Part shown: piece after piece, positions 60,701 to 64,000 of the stretch | How positions within the stretch are numbered: position 1 is the stretch's first letter | Layout: every line of letters starts with the position of its first letter | Source: Candidatus Binatia bacterium | GTDB lineage: Bacteria; Desulfobacterota; Binatia; Bin18 | Length of the DNA stretch: 64,000 bases | Reading direction: 5' to 3' | NCBI GenBank assembly: GCA_963666315.2 | Contig: CAXXHG010000027.1 | Coordinates: forward strand, 18,794-82,793 | Program-made: the position numbers and the translations under genes | The notes under the pieces: generated by a model | Database searches by the model: none | Told to the model about the DNA's origin: nothing | Seen by the model: only the letters and a program-made list of their open reading frames with translations

Positions 60701-61083
60701 TTGCCTCCCGGGGTCGGGCGACTAATATCCAGATTGTTGACTACGAAAATCAGCGCCGAACCCGACCAACGCATTCGCTGTCCGGCGGAGAAACATTCCT
60801 GGCTTCACTCGCTATTGCTTTGGCCCTGTCGCAAGGTTTTCGGACGGTGGCCACTGGACGAGCGGCCCAGACCTCTACCGAGTGCCTCATTCTTGATGAA
60901 GGGTTCGGCACGCTAGACCGGGAGGGATTACAGATGGTGACTGAGACGCTGCAAGAGCTGCGTGGTGAAGAAGGCCGCATGGTCGGGATTATCACCCATG
61001 TCGAAGAAGTCGCAGCCGCCATGCCCAAACGCATTGAGGTCCGCAAAGGTAGCCGTACGAGCGAGATTACGGTATCGGGGTAA
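57790..61083 (+). CDS. sbcC: SbcC/Rad50 SMC-family ATPase
   Basis: GPMASGKS, LPQGQY, coiled coils with CPVC hook, LSGGE, ILDEGFGTLD, IITH. Confidence 0.95.
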   Translation: MRPQKLILKNFMPFRVTGDQAHEVDFSPLDLFSITGPMASGKSALIDAIVWCLYGRTARYGTDSKGVISAGEHTCEVALDFTVGKRWFRAVRRTGKITDSGLSEREGQGESEEWIQDRSGSALLTKRIEELLGLDFDSFTKTVILPQGQYAEFLTSEPKKRRDLLAKILELGVYSRVADQAKFAAAQAKTRAETLRETLFQYAGLSRDHIILQKQELSVLIHRIEEISQQEQLLQHVGQQVDRVAGLRSRIAELQAEIQSRQQEQELAHKKSDEAVAHVRVLTQELAQISQEREALGYNAARHDIVKRAMAHLDEWAVARQEADQKNIELIQVQEEVGALRQQITAHRQQVEQGQLQQTAHTAAFEQVIAQTGDVTALTEKLGAAKRWKELQQQQQKLTAHIESVRQQQSTIQQSLNDLQQQAATHEQTARELKDKRERAKEDAQQKRQLTAEAELLGRELQEAAKAEKRAQAEVETARAALATADQAVQHAQQSLAQAEEQEQAARTALEDNQRLSEAAHLRETLHIGDACPVCQRAVSEIPVVPEAGTDSKRLRSQMERATKTAEQTRRTAQESRSAVAAGKARLDIARPEFKERARTRQEVQTRFVSRFPGYASLAEALSALQVQQQELMATLKDIEVQTVSVEQEKARLLRQRETAQQENAKLAEALRSTTESLDNGTRQLAVLGRTLVEFLAPGEDPEHSVAQHRSTVIRAEQQLKESEQALRQAESGLNTLNTTHVQKEGSLALLASQHDGALLRANREAQVVRACFDLAQDASLPKPQEVHNELNALTQKQTLHTSLLPQEEKIQARRENDERQAAEFQAELQARGRVLEETQQKLRHTQHTREEERDRLHETIRQHNLAETGEDGENIKTQCETVRARMIALQEQRGRLEAEHAEAERRCHEKEHEEEKLHAAETEERLASELRKLLGAEFTDFLSRGAIEALMHDASAHLQRLTHGRYAFDIASRGRATNIQIVDYENQRRTRPTHSLSGGETFLASLAIALALSQGFRTVATGRAAQTSTECLILDEGFGTLDREGLQMVTETLQELRGEEGRMVGIITHVEEVAAAMPKRIEVRKGSRTSEITVSG

Positions 61084-61125
61084 TCAACAAGACGGACCTC
61101 AAAGATGCTGTTAGAATGACTTACG

Positions 61126-61503
61126 ATGGCGAGGCGCAATCTCAACGACGCCCGCTACCTCCGGGATGATGGACGGTTCGAGAGCGCTGTTGCCCGTGCC
61201 TACTATGCTGCCTATCAAGCCATGTGGGCTGCACTAGGAGAGCCTCCAAAGGCAAGACAATGGAGGCATATTGGAATCATTAGCTATTTTGTGAGGGGGC
61301 ACTGGTGTGAACCGAATCATCCTGAAACCGGACCTGGTCTCTTAGAGCCGCTTCGCTTCTCCCTCCATCGCCTGTATCAGTTTCGTATTGATGTGAATTA
61401 TGATCTAACCCCTATGAGTGCTAGGGGCGCTGAGGAGTGTATCAAGACGGCGGAACGGACTATCGTGGAGATTGAGCACCTGTGTGAGGGAGCTGAATCA
61501 TGA
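61126..61503 (+). CDS. HEPN domain protein (DUF86/UPF0332-like)
   Basis: AVARAYYAAYQA, WRH, RIDVNY. Confidence 0.8.
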   Translation: MARRNLNDARYLRDDGRFESAVARAYYAAYQAMWAALGEPPKARQWRHIGIISYFVRGHWCEPNHPETGPGLLEPLRFSLHRLYQFRIDVNYDLTPMSARGAEECIKTAERTIVEIEHLCEGAES

Positions 61504-61749
61504 GCATTCTCGAACAGAAGGAAAAAAACTAGCGGAAGCTGTCGCTCTTCTTATCGCGGAGATTCATAAATCTTTCCCCGCTGCCGCCACTCATCCCGTT
61601 GCGCCATATGAAGATGAAGATTTTACCTTAGCAGTGGAAATCCCGGCGGGTCTGAACCGAGAACAGGTTATGGATGAGTGCATTCGGTATGCCCTTCGAA
61701 TAGAAGATCAATTCGGCTTTCCATTTTGACTCGGGTGAGAGAGGCTTAA
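61500..61749 (+). pseudogene. small acidic partner of the HEPN protein (minimal nucleotidyltransferase-like), two homopolymer frameshifts
   Basis: ATGA overlap with HEPN; restored read MSILEQKEKKLAEAV...YEDEDFTLAVEIP...IEDQFGF.ILTRVREA*. Confidence 0.55.
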
Positions 61750-61770
61750 AAAGAGGGAAAGGAGGTCTCC

Positions 61771-62640
61771 ATGTCACTCAGTTCGGCAACTGTTGGCTCT
61801 ATTGGAGAACCCTTTATCAGCAAGGTTGATGCACGCTGGGCCATGTCCTACGCAGCCGGGCTTGGCGATTACTTGCCCTGCTATATGGATACGCGCCGGT
61901 CTGAAGGCGTGGTTGCGCATCCACTCTTTCCGGTTTGTTTTGAGTGGCCGGTGATGCTCGCCACACGCGATAGTGCACTGAACCTAGAAGAAGCCTTGCG
62001 CGGGGTACATGCAACGCATGATCTGGTCATCCATCGTCTGGTTCGACCAGAGGACACGTTAACGACTCAGGCGACAGTCGTCGGTGTTGAACAGCGCAAG
62101 CCGGGCGCGTATCAGATCGTTCGTTTTGACACCACTGGTGCAGACGGGGAGCCGGTGTGTTCCACCTGGTATGGGACGCTCTTTCGTGAGGTGACGGTCG
62201 AAGGAGGGGACAAAACGGCAACAGATCTCCCGACACAGATGGAGTCCGTTAATCGAGAGGGGCCCGCCCGGGCTGAGATTCCAGTCCCCATTTCAGCCGG
62301 TGCGGCACACGTCTACACGGAATGTGCGCGTATCTGGAATCCTGTTCATACCGACCCAGCGGTTGCTGCCACCTCCGGACTGCCGGGGCTGATCTTGCAT
62401 GGCACTGCAACTCTGGCCCACGGTGTATCCCGTGTGGTGGCCCAGGAAACTGACGGTCAGCCCGAACGCGTCAAGCGCATTGCTGGACGCTTCAGCGCTA
62501 TGGTGTTTATGCCCTCACAAGTGACCGTGCGTATCCTGTCCCGCGAAGGCCGCACAGACGGCGAGGTCGTACGATTTGAAGTGCTAACCGAGGACGGAAA
62601 GCCGGCGGTCCGGGATGGGTTGATTGTGCTGAAGTCGTAA
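61771..62640 (+). CDS. MaoC double-hotdog enoyl-CoA hydratase 2-like protein
   Basis: GVHATH, IWNPVHTDP, ILHGTAT. Confidence 0.88.
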   Translation: MSLSSATVGSIGEPFISKVDARWAMSYAAGLGDYLPCYMDTRRSEGVVAHPLFPVCFEWPVMLATRDSALNLEEALRGVHATHDLVIHRLVRPEDTLTTQATVVGVEQRKPGAYQIVRFDTTGADGEPVCSTWYGTLFREVTVEGGDKTATDLPTQMESVNREGPARAEIPVPISAGAAHVYTECARIWNPVHTDPAVAATSGLPGLILHGTATLAHGVSRVVAQETDGQPERVKRIAGRFSAMVFMPSQVTVRILSREGRTDGEVVRFEVLTEDGKPAVRDGLIVLKS

Positions 62641-62728
62641 GCGGGCCATGTCAACGGCGCACGCGACCAGATAATTTCCTTGCAGGGGGCATGCCAAGAT
62701 ACCCTCTTTTCTTCATAAGGAAAGATAC

Positions 62729-63736
62729 ATGAAACGCGGACTCATTTTCCCCGGTGGTGGTATGGCTCAGCGCGACATGATGCTCGTAGCCAAAGAGGCT
62801 GAAGCCGCAGGGTTTGATTCTCTGTATGTGACGGAAGCGTGGCGGAGTGCCTTTGTTCCATTGACTGCTCTGGCCTTGGCAACCGAACGGGTCCGCGTTG
62901 GTTCTTACGTGCTGAACGCCTATGGGCGCAGCCCGTTTATCACCGGCATGAGCGCCGTTGACGTGGATGAGCTGTCGGGCGGGCGACTCCTACTCGGCGT
63001 AGGCAGCGGCAACCGGCACATCAATGCCGGCTGGCAGGGCGTTCCACATGAGCAGCCGTATCAGAAGATGACAGAGTATATTGAGAACCTCAAACAAATC
63101 GTGCGGACTCCGGCCGGCTCGCGCGTCTCATATGAAGGCGAAATTCATCGTATGGACTGGGTCCCGGCGGTTACGCCTGTGCGGGAAAGTATACCGATTT
63201 ATCTGTCTGCGATTTTTCCGCACATGGTCCGCGTGGCCGGCCGTGTAGCGGATGGTATCGCAATGGGCGCGGTCTTATCCGCCACCTATGCCCGCGACGT
63301 TATCCAACCAGCCGCACGAAAGGCTGCAACGGAAGCTGACCGTGACCCGCAAGCGCTTGGTTTTCTCATGGCTGCGTTTGTATCCGTGCATGCAGACCGT
63401 GAAAAGGCTCGCCAAGCCGCCCGCGAGTCGATCTGTCACCTGTTTTCGCCGTTGCCGCACCCGTACTACGAATATCTCTTGCGCGAACAAGGTTTCTCGG
63501 CTGCTGCCGACGCCGCACTAAAGTATGTGCCTGCAGGACATATCCAAAAAGCGGCAGAGGCCATGACGGACGAAGTCGTTGATACGCTTGTCATTGCCGG
63601 AACACCGGAAGAATGCAGGCGGCGGTTAGCTGACTATGCAGGCGTTGTTGACGAAGTGATCTTTGTCAATGTGTCTTACTCGGCTGGGGAAGACGTTGAT
63701 ATGCTCGGGGCGTATCGGAGTGTGTTGCAATTGTAG
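62729..63736 (+). CDS. LLM class flavin-dependent oxidoreductase
   Basis: AEAAGFDSLYVTE, DELSGGRLLLGVGSG. Confidence 0.92.
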   Translation: MKRGLIFPGGGMAQRDMMLVAKEAEAAGFDSLYVTEAWRSAFVPLTALALATERVRVGSYVLNAYGRSPFITGMSAVDVDELSGGRLLLGVGSGNRHINAGWQGVPHEQPYQKMTEYIENLKQIVRTPAGSRVSYEGEIHRMDWVPAVTPVRESIPIYLSAIFPHMVRVAGRVADGIAMGAVLSATYARDVIQPAARKAATEADRDPQALGFLMAAFVSVHADREKARQAARESICHLFSPLPHPYYEYLLREQGFSAAADAALKYVPAGHIQKAAEAMTDEVVDTLVIAGTPEECRRRLADYAGVVDEVIFVNVSYSAGEDVDMLGAYRSVLQL

Positions 63737-63753
63737 AAAAAAGGAGACAGCCC

Positions 63754-64000
63754 ATGATCAAAAGCATCTTCCACGTCAACGTCAACGTGACTGATTTTGA
63801 GCGGTCACTCGAATTTTATAAACGGCTCGGTTTCAAGGTCGTACGCGATCTCGGCGAGGGCGGGGATAAGCATCTCGAGCGCGGGCTGGGCTTTCAAAAA
63901 CCGATCGGCCGGGCCGCGTTGCTGATGATAGGCGACGACAAATACGCGACACGCCTTGACCTCATCGAATGGAAGAATCCGCCAACCGAGGGCAAGCCGT
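63754..64000 (+). CDS. VOC family protein (runs off window end)
   Basis: MIKSIFHVNVNVTDFERSLEFYKRLGF after AAGGAG RBS. Confidence 0.85.
   Translation, partial: MIKSIFHVNVNVTDFERSLEFYKRLGFKVVRDLGEGGDKHLERGLGFQKPIGRAALLMIGDDKYATRLDLIEWKNPPTEGKP

Noticed and set aside
37403-61119. In-frame TGA codons (37403, 53315, about 61117) as evidence of TGA recoding or selenocysteine
   Set aside because: Many intact genes here end in TGA, Trp is encoded by TGG, the expected residues differ between sites, and no Cys-equivalent position or SECIS is evident; point mutations or base-call errors are simpler

Overview
Bacterial chromosomal window of moderately high GC, probably from an uncultured organism. The many LLM, acyl-CoA dehydrogenase, MaoC and VOC paralogues and the GTAG-type REPs suggest a Binatia/Tectomicrobia-like deltaproteobacterium (inference only). 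Both flanks carry catabolic genes: acyl-CoA dehydrogenases, LLM oxidoreductases, a CapAB/NmpAB-like ATP-dependent lactamase, thiolase, a P450, a CoA-transferase and two VapBC modules. Three blocks stand out. (1) 20.1-25.6 kb: an operon joining a TcuA-like flavoprotein, an ICL/PEPM-family lyase and an MmgE/PrpD protein whose motifs resemble animal ACOD1/IRG1 (cis-aconitate decarboxylase). (2) About 30.16-43.56 kb: a ~13.4 kb integrated phage-satellite-like element bounded by a 71-bp imperfect direct repeat and 24-bp arm-like repeats, with no tRNA at the junction. It encodes a tyrosine integrase, Xis-like HTH, CGNR regulator, Prim-Pol/SF3 helicase with iterons, a cos-like site and P27 TerS. Its cargo is secreted proteins; two unrelated ones (an S8/S53-like protease and a protein of five near-identical 51-aa repeats with variable loops) share a homologous ~65-aa beta-rich domain. 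A decayed island lies immediately to its left. (3) 53.8-61.7 kb: a nurA-herA-sbcD-sbcC operon followed by a HEPN gene pair. Several genes carry single-base frameshifts, in-frame stops or deletion junctions, so some lesions may be assembly errors. No rRNA, tRNA, CRISPR array or reverse transcriptase was seen. All family assignments come from motif recognition, not database searches.
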